From positions 1 through 64,000 of the forward strand of contig NIVC01001753.1 of assembly GCA_002269645.1 (NCBI GenBank): a DNA stretch of 64,000 nucleotides, given 5' to 3'. A program made the translations under genes and the position numbers. Below, in pieces: positions 1-13,658 of this stretch. How positions within the stretch are numbered: position 1 is the first letter of the stretch; each line of letters begins with the position of its first letter. A model generated the notes under the pieces. That model saw only the letters and a program-made list of their open reading frames with translations. It did no database searches and was not told where the DNA came from. This DNA is from Macrostomum lignano (Eukaryota).

Positions 1-3000
1 GAGAATCGTTCGCCGGCTGCCCAAGCCTCCATTCTTCTTCTTCTCCTTATTCAGCCGCACCTTGAGGCCCGTCTCATCCCTCGGTTCCTGGCAATTGTGT
101 TTGCCTCTGCTTTCGTCCCCGTTGGCTTTTTAATAAGAATCTACTGTTCGCCGGAGCCCTCGCGGGCCTGCCCGAAAACCGGGCACGAGTCTCTCTCTCT
201 CTCCGCCACCCGACCTCGGATCTCCGGTGCTCCTCCGCCAATCTATCCTTGATCCGAAACTTCTTTTCTTTTCTCCATCCATCCTGTTCTGGGCTTTGGC
301 AGACGCTTTGTGAAAGTCGTCGTCGGTCTGTCTGCCTGCCGGCTCGGGAGAGGGTCGGGGTGGCTGCGGCAGTCAAATATTGCCTACACCCGCTGGGGGA
401 GGCCGTGACGAGGGGCGGCGCGCGGCATTATTCTAGGAAAATCTCGGAAATTCGGGGCTCGGGGTCGGCTGGCAATTTCTCTCTTCCAGTCCCGTCTTCT
501 TTTCTAATCCCATCTGCGAGGCTTGGCCTGTGTGTGACTGAGAACACCGGGGGAAAGGGGTTCTGGGAAATTTCGACTCAGGTGACTCGGAAATTGAGGG
601 CGCGACGTGCCTCCCACTCCCCGCCGCCGCTAGAGAGAAAAAAAGCAATATTTCTCCCCAGCAAATATTGGGAAAGCGAATAGAGAAAAGCTCGACAATT
701 GAAACCGATTTTTATTATGAATCGACTCTCAAAGCTGAGAAGTTTGGCCTCTTGGACTCAGCAACACATTTCTCTCTGGCGACGAGAGCATAGTTGTTCG
801 TCTTCAAAATTTGCCGGGGCTTGGCGAAGGAAGGCTTGAGGTCGACCGAGGCTTACGAAGGAACAATAGGGAGTGTTGAAAGCGCAAGAGACTAGCAGCA
901 GCAGGTCCTTCAGGCGGCCTCTAGAAGACAGTGAGGTGGGGAGAAGAGAGGCGAAACGCGCGCGAGGCAGCGAGGGACAAAGCGGAGAAGAGGGTATTTC
1001 CTAATCCTTCAAGCTTGTTTTCCTGCATCCAAGCGTGGCACACTGCAACACAATTATATATTGGTCACTTTGTCCCCGGAATTTTGCTATGCAGCCTCCC
1101 AAAACTCTGCATCTTGGCGGCGGCAGGGGCGGGGGTCTGGCTGGGCAAAATCGCGAGTCAGGTGTTGCGAGGCCGAGGGCTGCGAGAAAACAAAAAATGC
1201 AGTTGAGAGAGACACACGCCCAACAAGTGGAGCACGGGCGGTCCACTTGCTACATGCAAACTTGTTGCCGCAATTCAAGCATTCAGTTTGAGTTGGCCCT
1301 GGGTCTCGCGTGTGCCGGCTCTGGGAGTTTGTGTCCTGGCGGCGGCTGGCTATGAATTCAATTGTTTTCAGGGGGCGAAAGAGGATGGGGATGGATGCGG
1401 GGGCATTTTCTGCGGGTTGGGCGGGAGAGTTGGTTATTTCGCATATTGCGGCTTTTTTGTTTCTGACGCGTTTCTGCTTGAGCTGCCTCCGTCTCACTCT
1501 CGAGTTGGTTTCGTCTGGGGCATAATAGACTGAGTGGCTAAACAGCTGCTAGCGAGAGCGATGGTATATGAGCTATGCAGCGTTGCGTGACGGTGAGCAG
1601 TTGGATGAGGCTGACAATGGGATGCTGGGCTTGGCCGCGAAGGCCGGCAAAGGGCGGGTGGTCGGCTTTCTCGAGCCCGAGCGATTCTTCCCGCTCTCTG
1701 TCTCTGTCTAAGAAGCTGGCCGCGCGGGTTCAAGAGTGTCTGGTGGGTGGGGGGGGGCGGTTTGAGCCTGCGAGTGATGAGTTTTTGGTGGTTTAGGCAA
1801 GCAGCTTGAGGGATAAAGAAGTTTGAAAAAACCTGCTGCCGGAATGCCGGGCCTCGCTTCCCACCTGGTCGGCCGTGCGTCCCCTTCCCCCCTCCGCTTT
1901 TGGATGCGGCATTCCGGCATACAATGGCGTGCGGGTCCGATGGCTGCCGCCGCTCTCCCCGGGATGATGAAGTGACGGGCGCGACCCCGCGCGCGGCGCG
2001 GGAGGCGGAGGTGGAGGTGGAGCTGCCTGCTGCCGCCGCCGCTGATTCCCCGGTATGATGAGGGCGGCAGAGTCCGGCGCGGAGTTAAAACTCCCGTGCT
2101 GCGCTGCAGGCCCGTAAAACTTGGGGGGGGGGGTTGGGAGACACGAGAGATGAGGGAGGGGAATGAATGAGTTGAAGAGTGGGAAGCGCTGAGGGCAGGA
2201 GAGGGGCTCGTAAAGCTCGGATCCCAGGGTAAAAGAGGCTCGCGCGCGGACTCGGGCGCCGATGATGAGGCTCTCCGGAGTGGAATGGGGACTTGCGGGT
2301 TAGAAGAGTCGGCCCCCCTGCCATTGTTCCCGCGGCCCAGGGCATTGTGTGATGGCAGCAGACCTACAGGTAGAGATAATTAGGGAGAAATAGAATTACT
2401 GCTCAATTATTCATGCGGCCCCGGACCCGGAGTTCGCGAGTGGCCCCCGGACCCAGTAGAGAAAGAGAGAAGTTGGAGAGGGACTAAAGTTGAAGCATGG
2501 CAGAATAGAGGGGGGGTCGTCCGCCTCGTATTGTGTTGTTGTTGCGGCAGGCAGATACAGCTTGCGCTTGCCGCCTCTGCCTCTCTTTCCCAAAAACTGT
2601 GTCTGCAACAGGAGGCGGGAGGTTTGGACTGGGGGAGAATTTGGGAATGCTCCCCTGCTGGGCCCGACTCGACCCTCAACCAGCTGAATACCCTCTCTCT
2701 CTCGTGCATTGCTGTGAAAAGCCTTTGGAAAAATGTCCAAACGCCGGAGCCGCGGGGGTTGGGGGGCTGCAGAGAGAGGCGAACTACTGGCGGGAGGGCC
2801 TCCAGAACAAAAGCTTTGCAACTTTGCTGCTGCTTCTGCTGCTGTTGTTGCTGCTGCTGGACGAGGAGTTTAGAAAAGTTGCGGCTACCTGGGGGTGAGG
2901 GGAGAATTTATTGACGGGGTGGGATTTGGCTAGTTGTCTTGCAGCGCAGAATACGAGTTTCAATACAAGCCGCTGATGGAGGCTCAATGGACTGCGAAGC

Positions 3001-6000
3001 AATGAATTGCGCTATAGCCTTTGAGATGATGCGAGTGGCCAGGGGCGAGCGTAGTTCTGCAGCGACGCTGTCAGGCTCTGCAGCTGCGGTTTTATTTGAG
3101 CCCCGGCCGGACCATTGTCGGGGGCCCGCAGCATTAAACATGTCTTTAACAGTGCGGGGCGGTGAGCATGGGGGGAGATGATGCTCTAGAAGATGGAGGA
3201 ACATAATAATAAAAGCCTCTCCTGAATTCTCCTCAACGGCAAGACGAGTTCCGCCGCCCGACTCAGTCCCCCCGCATAGCTCGAGCGCGTCTGGATCGCC
3301 ATAAATTGGGATCATTGCTCCGCTCCTCAATGCCTCTCTCTCGTGCGGAGCTCGTTCGCTTCACTGCCTGCCCTGCCTCCCTATATGCGCCTGCTTGTTA
3401 ACTTCGCGAAGATCTATACAGCGCGTCTCGCACCTGCTGGTATGTAGCAGACAAACTTCAGGCCGCGAGATCGGGTTTTTGTGTTTAGATTAGCTGTGGC
3501 AGGATAATAGAACCGCCCGCAGATCCTCGCGGAGGATGAGGTGGTTGTCCTATAAAAAATTTTTGGGAAGGACGAGACAAAGCGTGGAGTCTGCAGATCT
3601 AACTGCTGAATACCGAGGAGCGGCTCGCATTCTCGCGCGTTGTTAGGGAAAGAATAGGGGGGGAGGAAGTCTAAGGAATAAGAGCGTTTGAGACGCGGTG
3701 AGCAGGCGGAAGAGCTCTGGTAGGCGCATTCCCTCCCTGTACCCGCTCTGCTGCATTCTGCCTCGAATCGCAAGGGGTTGGGGGCGCTCGAGGGGGAAGT
3801 GGGAGTAGAGAAACAGATGGAGGAGGGAGCGATGGAAAAGGTGGAAGTGGGTGTAAAGAACAAAGAAACTCTATGCTGCTGCAGTTCCCACGAGCTGCTT
3901 TCGGCACAGAAGATGCGCAGAATAAGCCAGGCCTTCCTCCCTCAGCCCCGTCGTTGCGGGTCCCGCAGCGTGTGACTCCCTCCTTCCCTCCCTCCCTCCC
4001 CCCATTATCGTCGCTGCTCGCAATTCGGGAGAACTGCCTTTTAATGGCTTCCTTCTCCATCCCAAAACTGTCCCAGTATCATTCATACCTGTCGAGCAAT
4101 CGAGGTATATAACAGTCTATGTAGGCGCCGGCCAACTTCGGCAGTGTCAAGGTGGTTGCGGGAGCTGGCATTGGGATATCTTGTTCGTCGAGTCCAATTG
4201 AGTTCCCCAACTCTAATGATGAAACTTGAGCACCGCAGATCCAATTAACAATGGCCGCCCGCTCTGTGCATCCAAAAAAGCGCCTGACACACGAAGGGGC
4301 GGCTGTTGTTGACGCTGCACCCTGGACCGAAAAAAACTTGTGTGGTCTTCCCCCATCAAAAAGGGAAGATGACTCTCAAAGAGCTCCATAGGCCGGGATT
4401 ATCAATCCCTCCACAGCGTTTTTGGTTCGACAGCTTTGTGTGAGTCGGACCCGAATTTCTTGCTTGCTGTCGCGATCAAAAAAACTTGGCGCCAGAACAA
4501 TGGGCGCAGGAGCGATGCAAAAAAGTAGTCTATTTCGTTTCGCCAACTTGAGAAGCAGCCTAGTCAGCCTCTCCGCACACTCGGGAGACAGGCGGCAGGG
4601 TGGGTGACAGGGGGGGCTGCCCGAGGTGATGATATCGATTTACCCAGCCGACTCAAAAGCCGCATTTATTCCCCCCCCCCCCGATTTCCCGCAAAGCCAG
4701 CCTCGTTGGAGGTAAAAGAGGAGGAAGGCGCTCGGATCGGGGGAGAATTCCCACATTTTTTGTGTTGTTGTCATCCTGTCTCTCTGTATTCGTCATCTCC
4801 CCAACACCGCAGTTTGCAAGCTTTCAAACAAAGATTTTGAGCGCCCCAATTCCTCTTATATAGAGCAGTTCAATGAAAGCTGATCCGCTTCGATTCAAGT
4901 GCGCAATCGGCGCGCCTCTCTTTCCATTTCTTTCTATTGCTCTGCTCGCCTGCCCAGGCATGCGGAGTCGAGGCTGGTAGGCGATGATGAGTTGCCCCCC
5001 CACCTCCCCTCCAAATTTCCAATTTGGGAGCTTGAGTCTACTCGCATAGGAAGTTGCTGCTCGGGGCCGAGTTCACCGCAGCCGCCGCGGGGAAGGAAGC
5101 TGAATGAGCTTGATAGAAAGTGTTTGTTTGCAAGGTGGCAAGCAGTTTTCACTTTGTGTGTTAGTAAGCGAGAGCAGAAAGCGACTGGGGTGTGGAAGGA
5201 GAAGCAGCTGGAAATGAGGACTGAGGGACTGCATTATCGATTTGGCTTTCACCTCTTCTGTAGCAGGCAGCTGGGCCTGGCCAAGCCGAAGGGTTCGAGA
5301 CGCTGGAGGGGGTGGCCCGGGTGACGCTTGATGGGGAGGTGATGCTGTGTGGGGTGAGCACGGCAACTGCCTGAAATGGGATTAGAAATTAGTTATGGGG
5401 GGAGGGTAGAGGAATGCGACGAGTGAGAAGAGAGGGGGGGACAGGCCCGGCCCAGAAGCTTCACTCATTCGCTCGCAGCAGCAGCAGCAACACTGGTTGA
5501 GCCCCCCCGGGGGAGCTTGAGACTCGAGCGAAACAATGCACTCGCCAGGGGGACGGGGTCTATTGTATTTTGAGGCTGGGGTTGAGGTAGCTGGCGGCTC
5601 ACCGCGGGGGATGGGAGGAGCTCTGCGAAGGGTTGGCAGTGACTTGAGGCATCTGCTGCTGCCTCCGCCGCTGCTGCCACCACCGCCGCTGCTGGGGGTC
5701 GCCGGCGGCTGATTTTGCCTTCGCGCTGCTGAGGCTGACACCTGTGGGGGAGGCTGACGATGAGGGGCACGCGGCGGCGGGAACGAGCGGAAAGAAATCG
5801 ATTTCTAGAAGAGGCTCTGGCCTGATGAGAAAGAGAGAGTGGGGGGGGGGGTTAAGAGCGAGCCAGCATGGTGGTGAAAAAGCTGGCACCCTCCAGGTCC
5901 CGGCGGGATCTGGAATTCGGAGAGCTTTTTTATCCATGCCTCGCTGCTCCCCGCGGTCTTCCCTTTCCCCGGCTTGACTACCCTCCCTGCCTCTCCGCCT

Positions 6001-6266
6001 CACGGTCGGTCATCATCAATTCATCGAAACTCGCTGACTCGAATCCCATTGTTTGAGAATGGCATAAAAAATAGAACACGAGGTAGCGGGGGGGGGGCGT
6101 TCTCGTGTGGAGCGGGGGAAGGGGAGAGCGAAGGCTGAGTGGAGAACAATGAACAGCAGCAGCACAGTGAAAAAGAGAGGGGGCACAGAGCAGAGATCGA
6201 CTCCAGGTGGAGGTCTGGGCTATTTGGGAGCTCCGAGGGTGGAGGGGGGCTGCAGAGGGCGCCGGA

Positions 6267-9200
6267 ATGTCCCGCTCCCCTGGGCCTGGAGGGCCTGAAG
6301 GGGGACAGGAAGCCCTTGCGAGCGCCGCGGCTGAGCGCGCTGTCTTCTGCGTGAATGGGCCGGGGCCCGCACTGTTTGTTCAGGTAATCATTCAGCCGCC
6401 CCACTCCACCGCAACCGAGCTTCTTCTCGGGGTGGCCCTCTTCGGGTCCTGCTGCTCCGGAAATCGGCTCCGTTGGTAACAATGGGGACAGAATCCTCTT
6501 ATTGCTCAGCCTGTCACCCCGCGGGACCGAGGCGAACAATGCCGGGGGGTTGGTTTGAGGTTGAGGGGAACGGGAAAGAGGACGGTTTTCAGGTCGGGGA
6601 ATCGAGTTCCCGTCCTCCCCTCTCTCTCACATTCACTCAGCCAGATCGCTGGAGGGGCGGGGAACAATGACTTTCGAGTGTTGGCATAGGAGGGCCCGAT
6701 AATTGTGTCACAAAACGGTGGGCAGCAGGAGAACGGGAATTCCCGGTCCCTGACAGGGAGAGGCAAGTAATGGAATGAGCACACGAGCAGCTCGCTAGGC
6801 TGCGCTGGATATCAGCTGCTGCTGCAGGTCCCGCTCACACACTTCAGCGGCGCCCGCCACGCCACCCAAAGCTTCGGGTTGCTGACGACCAGCGGCGCCT
6901 CACTTGAGAGCGCCGGCTTAGCCACTCTTCGATCAGTTTGGGCAGTTTCCTACGCTAGAATAGGCGGGCCCCTGTCTGCTGGGTAGTTTTTGTTGCAATT
7001 TTTTCCCGGCTGTAATAGGGGGAGAAGGAGACAACACAGAGAGACAGAGAGACGGTGAGAGTGATTGAGCGAGTGGGCTTTAGAAGAGGAAGTCGCTTCC
7101 TGTTAGCGGCACCAACAATGGCTCCGACCGAAGTCTCCGCCGCAACCCCTCCGGCCTCTAAAAAAATTTTTTTTTTCGTTCGGCGTCATTCGCGAGTGGC
7201 GCGGTGTTTGTACAGCAGTTCCTGCTGGTACTGGCCCATTCTCTCTTCTGTCTTCTCTCTTCTGCTTTTGCGTCAGCTTTTGCATTATTCACACTGCCTG
7301 CTCAGGGGGGAGGGCATTATTATTCTTTTTTTTCGACTTCTGCTCCTAACCCACCTTACGACCCCCCGCTGTGGCACATTTGCAGCGCCTGGTGCAGAGC
7401 TTGGCGCCCAGGTGCGAGCCGCCGAAGCGCGAACGGCTACTCGAACAGTTGCTACCGGCCGCCCTGACCTCCGAGCAGGCCGCGGTGAAAGCCGCTCTAA
7501 TCGGCGGCGCCCCCGGAGTGCGTGCCTTCTCAGCCGAGGTGTGGCGCAATCATGCCGGCACCAGGCTGCTAACGCTCAGAGCGTTTGTCCCGCAAGACAG
7601 CACTCCGGCACAGCAGCAGCTACAGCAGACTCTGTCATCGTCTTCTAAATGTCGCGTTCTGGAGACCCGACCGGTGAGTGTCTTAATTGTGCTGCTTGAT
7701 TTGCTACTCAAGATACGAGAACACCCCAATGGCCCTTTACATAGCCTGTGCTTGGCGTCTTTCTTTATGTATGTGTCTTCGTCTGTCTTAGTGTCTGTGC
7801 CTTCGTCTGTCTTAGTGTCTGTGTCTTCGTCTGTCCTTAGTGTCTGTGTCTTCGTCTGTCTTAGTGTCTGTGTCTTCGTCTGTCCTTAGTGTCTGTGTCT
7901 TCGTCTGTCTTAGTGTCTGTGTCTTCCGTCTGTCTTAGTGTCTGTGTCTTCGTCTGTCTTTGTGTCTGTATCTTCATCTGTCTTAGTGTCTGTGTCTTAG
8001 GTCTGTCTTAGTGTCTGTGTCTTCGTCTGTATTTGTGTCTGTATCATCATCTGTCTTAGTGTCTGTGTCTTAGGTCTGTCTTAGTGTCTGTGTCTTCGTC
8101 TGTCTTTGTGTCTGTATCTTCATCTGTCTTTGTGTCTGTATCTTCATCTGTCTTAGTGTCTGTGTCTTTGTCTGTCTTAGTGTCTGGGTTCGTCTGTCTT
8201 AGTGTCTGTGTCTTCGTATGTCTTAGTGTCTGTGTCTTCGTCTGTCTTAGTGTCTGGGTTCGTCTGTCTTAGTGTCTGTGTCTTCGTATGTCTTAGTGTC
8301 TGTGTCTTCGTCTGTCTTAGTGTCTGTGTCTTCCGTCTGTCTTAGTGTCTGTGTCTTCATCTGTCTTAGTGTCTGTGTCTTCGTCTGTCTTAGTGTCTGT
8401 GTCTTCCGTCTGTCTTAGTGTCTGTGTCTTCGTCTGTCCTTGTGTCTGTATCTTCATCTGTCTTAGTGTCTGTGTCTTAGGTCTGTCTTAGTGTCTGTGT
8501 CTTCGTCTGTCTTTGTGTCTGTATCTTCATCTGTCTTAGTGTTTGTGTCTTAGGTCTGTCTTAGTGTCTGTGTCTTCGTCTGTCTTTGTGTCTGTATCTT
8601 CATCTGTCTTAGTGTCTGTGTCTTTGTCTGTCTTAGTGTCTGGGTTCGTCTGTCTTAGTGTCTGTGTCTTCGTATGTCTTAGTGTCTGTGTCTTCGTCTG
8701 TCTTAGTGTCTGGGTTCGTCTGTCTTAGTGTCTGTGTCTTCGTATGTCTTAGTGTCTGTGTCTTCGTCTGTCTTAGTGTCTGTGTCTTCCGTCTGTCTTA
8801 GTGTCTGTGTCTTCATCTGTCTTAGTGTCTGTGTCTTCGTCTGTCTTAGTGTCTGTGTCTTCCGTCTGTCTTAGTGTCTGTGTCTTCGTCTGTCCTTGTG
8901 TCTGTATCTTCATCTGTCTTAGTGTCTGTGTCTTAGGTCTGTCTTGGTGTCTGTGTCTTTGTCTGTCTTTGTGTCTGTGTCTTTGTCTGTCTTAGTGTCT
9001 GTGTCTTTGTCTGTCTTAGTGTCTGTGTCTTCCGTCTGTCTTAGTGTCTGTGTCTTAGGTCTGTCTTAGTGTCTGTGTCTTTGTCTGTCTTAGTGTCTGT
9101 GTCTTTGTCTGTCTTAGTGTCTGTGTCTTTGTCTGTCTTAGTGTCTGTGTCTTCGTCTGTCTTAGTGTCTGTGTCTTTGTCTGTCTTAGTGTCTGTGTCT

Positions 9201-12200
9201 TCGTCTGTCTTAGTGTCTGTGTCTTTGTCTGTCTTAGTGTCTGTGTCTTCGTCTGTCTTAGTGTCTGTGTCTTAGGTCTGTCTTAGTGTCTGTGTCTTCC
9301 GTCTGTCTTAGTGTCTGTGTCTTCGTATGTCTTAGTGTCTGTGTCTTAGGTCTGTCTTGTCGAGCCTGTCCGCTATTGTCCACCAGTCTAGGATCCACAA
9401 AGAATGTCAGATTCAGATTTGAATCCATCTATTTAACCTAGCCTGGAGAGAAATTTTCTGAACCAATCAAGACGGGAACGGCAGCCGCAAAGTCGATCTG
9501 GCATTTTGAAAAGGTGTGGGCCGAATTTTTTATGAAAAAAAGAAACTTAAAATTGATGAGTCTCCCGTCAGCTCAGTCTGAAATTGAGCTGAGCTAAGAG
9601 AGGGAAGACCGGGGAGTTTGAAGGCTCCAGGCTGACAAACGCGCGGAGGGTAAATCGCCGGGCTTTGAGAATAAAGAGGATGCTGGGAGATGAGGCTGCG
9701 GGCAAAGAGAGATCCTGAGCTCGGTGATGGAAGAAGCTTGTCGGCCTCCCTCCCAGCCGAGCCATCAAGCCAGACAGGAAAGACTTGCACGGACGTCTTT
9801 TCAAGTCGGAGAGGCTGTGACAATGAGCCCGAGTTCCGCTCCGAACAATGGAGCCCGCCACCCCCGCTATTCTCCCTCTGTCCCAGGGATGCCTATAAGG
9901 GATCTCATAATCCTCTACTCGATCTTCGCAGCGCGGGAACGCTTCTCACTGTTCAATTGGCCGGGTAAGAGGAGCTATAGGGGGCCAACTTCCTCTCCGT
10001 GTCCCCTTGTTATTCTTTGCCTTCTTCGCTGCGACCGCGAGGCCTCAAATCTGGCCTCAAGCCGACACCCCATGGCGGTTGTTAAGTCACGGCACGCTTA
10101 GCTGATGAGCTGCCGCCAGCCCGCATCTCCCGCCCACCACCTCCCTTGGCGTCGCGCCTTTTTCTGCTGCCGATTATAAGCAGCCTATTGTTGAATCTGC
10201 TTGGCCGCGGGCTCGCGATCGCCACTCTGTCGCCAGGGGAGCCTCAGCTTTGCTTTGATGAAGCATCTGCTGCAATGGCATGCTGGGGGTGGGAAGGAGG
10301 GGAGCACACGCACAATGCGAACACGAAACGGAGAATTGCGGCAAGTCGCCTTGACAACTATGGAGATGGAGAGAGGAAGCTTCATAGAAGGAAGGAAGGC
10401 CTCCTTAGCTCGCATATCGCATCGCTGGGTCCGACTTCTTTTTCGTAGCTGGTGCTGAACGAGAGGAGGAAAACAAGTCAAGCGTGCGGAGGGATTGTTG
10501 TTCTCACCTTATCTACTGATGCAATTCGTCTGCTTACGAGTATAATTGCGTGAAATCGTTATGATATGCAGTGACAGAATGTTATTGACTTGAGGATTAA
10601 AACTAGTCGAAATTAGAATTGCCAACAGACACCAAGAGGACACCAGAGGCACGCCAAGAGGACACCAGAGAAACACCAAGGGGCACCAGAGACACACCAA
10701 GAGGACACCAGAGACACACCAAGAGGACACCAGAGAAACACCAAGGGGACACCAGAGAAACACCAAGGGGCACCAGAGACACACCAAGGGTACACCAGAG
10801 AAACACCAAGGGGCACCAGAGACACACCAAGGGTACACCAGAGAAACACCAAGGGGCACCAGAGACACACCAAGAGGACACCAGAGAAACACCAAGGGGC
10901 ACCAGACACACCAAGGGGCACCAGAGAAACACCAAGGGGCACCAGACACACCAAGGGGACACCAGAGAAACACCAAGGGGACACCAGAGAAACACCAAGG
11001 GGCACCAGAGACACACCAAGAGGACACCAGAGGCACGCCAAGAGGACACCAGAGAAACACCAAGGGGCACCAGAGAAACACCAAGGGGCACCAGAGACAC
11101 ACCAAGAGGACACCAGAGACACACCAAGAGGACACCAGAGAAACACCAAGGGGCACCAGAGAAACACCAAGGGGCACCAGAGACACACCAAGAGGACACC
11201 AGAGAAACACCAAGGGGCACCAGAGACACACCAAGAGGACACCAGAGACACACCAAGAGGACACCAGAGACACACAAAGAGGACACCAGAGGCACGCCAA
11301 GAGGACACCAGAGAAACACCAAGGGGACACCAGAGAAACACCAAGGGGCACCAGAGACACACCAAGGGTACACCAGAGAAACACCAAGGGGCACCAGAGA
11401 CACACCAAGGGTACACCAGAGAAACACCAAGGGGCACCAGAGACACACCAAGAGGACACCAGAGAAACACCAAGGGGCACCAGACACACCAAGGGGCACC
11501 AGAGAAACACCAAGGGGCACCAGACACACCAAGGGGACACCAGAGAAACACCAAGGGGACACCAGAGAAACACCAAGGGGCACCAGAGACACACCAAGAG
11601 GACACCAGAGGCACGCCAAGAGGACACCAGAGAAACACCAAGGGGCACCAGAGACACACCAAGAGGACACCAGAGACACACCAAGAGGACACCAGAGAAA
11701 CACCAAGGGGACACCAGAGAAACACCAAGGGGCACCAGAGACACACCAAGGGTACACCAGAGAAACACCAAGGGGCACCAGAGACACACCAAGGGTACAC
11801 CAGAGAAACACCAAGGGGCACCAGAGACACACCAAGAGGACACCAGAGAAACACCAAGGGGCACCAGACACACCAAGGGGCACCAGAGAAACACCAAGGG
11901 GCACCAGACACACCAAGGGGACACCAGAGAAACACCAAGGGGACACCAGAGAAACACCAAGGGGCACCAGAGACACACCAAGAGGACACCAGAGGCACGC
12001 CAAGAGGACACCAGAGAAACACCAAGGGGCACCAGAGAAACACCAAGGGGCACCAGAGACACACCAAGAGGACACCAGAGACACACCAAGAGGACACCAG
12101 AGAAACACCAAGGGGCACCAGAGAAACACCAAGGGGCACCAGAGACACACCAAGAGGACACCAGAGACACACCAAGAACCCCAAAGCGACACTGGAAGGT

Positions 12201-13658
12201 GTCAAAGACACAATAAGCTCTCTAAAGTCCCCAGAATCACGCTTGCAGTACCGACTTCAAATGATGATTTATCACCCCTCTCACCACCAGCTGCCCAACC
12301 TAAACCTGCTGGCATCCACCTGCCTGGAGATCATCTCGGCTTACACCGAGTCGCAGCTGCCGCAGGACTTTCTGCCCATCGTCTGCAACCGACCGGCCGA
12401 CTTTGTCCGCCAACTGCAACAGGCCAACCAGAACGGGATGCACGACTCCATCGACAAGATCATCATTGTGCCCTGTCTGCACGCCGCCATGTCGCAGGCT
12501 GTCAGCGACGCCCTGGCTGAGACGCCGGCCTGCCAGGCGATCCTCCGCCGCTGCCGCAGCCGCCGCTGCAGTCGTCGCCGCGGTCACTATGGACGTCGTC
12601 AGATCCTTCGCGCCAATCGTCGCCTAGCGAAAGACGATGATGCCCGCCGTCCGAAGAAGGCGGACGTCAACTGTAACGACCTGCTAGATGATCAGGAGGC
12701 GCCAACCGCGACAGACGGCGAAGGCAACGACGCTGCTGTCGGCACCGTCGCCACCGACTGCGCCATGGACGCCGACGGCGACGTCGAAGCGGCTCAGGAC
12801 GTCAACGAAGAGGAGGATCAAGATCAGGAGGAAGAGGACTTCGATGACGAATCCGGCTGGGAGTCGGCGCTGGACGCCCTGCAGCGTCTCGTGGACGACA
12901 CCTCCGTGACGAAGCCGCAATCGCCGCCACCGCCGCCGTCTGGCTGCACCGATCCGGAGCTTCGCTCGGCCCGCGAGTTGGCGGCCGCCCTTGTCCGGTT
13001 CCGCGACCACCTTGGCCGGCTTTTCTCCGCCTCGTCTGGCAGCCTCGGCCAGGCTCTGCCGGTGGTGCGCGACCTGCCCGCCGTGTTGCGCCAACCGGCG
13101 ACGTCCTCGACGGCGTCGCCCTCCTCGCACGCCGACGCCGCGGTGGATCCCGCTGTGGAGGCGCTGGCTGAGGCAGCCGGGGAGCGGGTGCTGGCGGCCT
13201 ACCGCAGCCCGGACAAGGTGTGGCGTCTCGCCCAGCTGGCCGCCTTCCTGCAGCCGCGGCTGCCGCTCCCGGCCGAGACGGACCGGAAGTCGGCCGTCGC
13301 CCAGCTGGTGGAGAAGCAGCTGGCCGAAGAGGCCGGCCACATCAGCCGGCGGAAGCGGAACTCGCTGGTGGTGCAGCAGAATCTGGATCAGGCGCGCAAG
13401 TCTGTAGAAGACGAGGCCAGACGATACGAGTCGCTGCTCGAACAGGCCGGAGCTTCCGGCTCGGCGGCTCAGTGGTGGTCGTCGTCGGCCGATCGCCTGC
13501 CGACGCTGTCTGGCGAGGCGCGGCTGCTGCTGCACATCCCGGCCTGCTGCCTGCACGCTCAGTCGCCGCTCGGCTTGGCGGAATTCGCCGCTAAGCGGGC
13601 CCACCTGCCGGAGACGGAGCTGAACGCGCTGCTGGCGCTGCATCAGAGCCTGGCCTGA
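6267..13658 (+). CDS. hAT transposase-derived (ZBED-like) protein, probably domesticated and catalytically dead; exons 6267-6383 (tentative), 7386-7673, 12249-13658
   Basis: Phase-0 GT/AG junctions join the ORF pieces. Motifs parallel hAT transposases in order: RLVQSLAPRCEPPKR, AFSAEVW (TxDxW), IVCNRP (ivtDNa), PCLH (CxxH-like), SGWES (TRWNS), AAFLQPRL (LDPRFK), WWSSSADRLPTLSGEARLLLHIPA (C-terminal dimerisation domain). The first exon is the least certain part. Confidence 0.72.
7772..9358. repeat. Intronic minisatellite, ~24-bp unit GTCTGTCTTAGTGTCTGTGTCTTC
   Basis: Tandem array read directly; lies in the intron after exon 7386-7673. Confidence 0.95.
10625..12178. repeat. Intronic minisatellite, 21-22-bp unit ACACCAAGGGGCACCAGAGAA, with higher-order structure
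   Basis: Tandem array, almost T-free on the + strand; it generates spurious 530-630 aa ORFs. Confidence 0.95.

Noticed and set aside
74-6200. Numerous 60-170 aa ORFs
   Set aside because: Low complexity, no recognisable domains and no consistent splice chain.
10509-12520. Four 530-630 aa ORFs on both strands
   Set aside because: Artefacts of a T-free 21-22-bp minisatellite that cannot form stop codons; it lies inside an intron.
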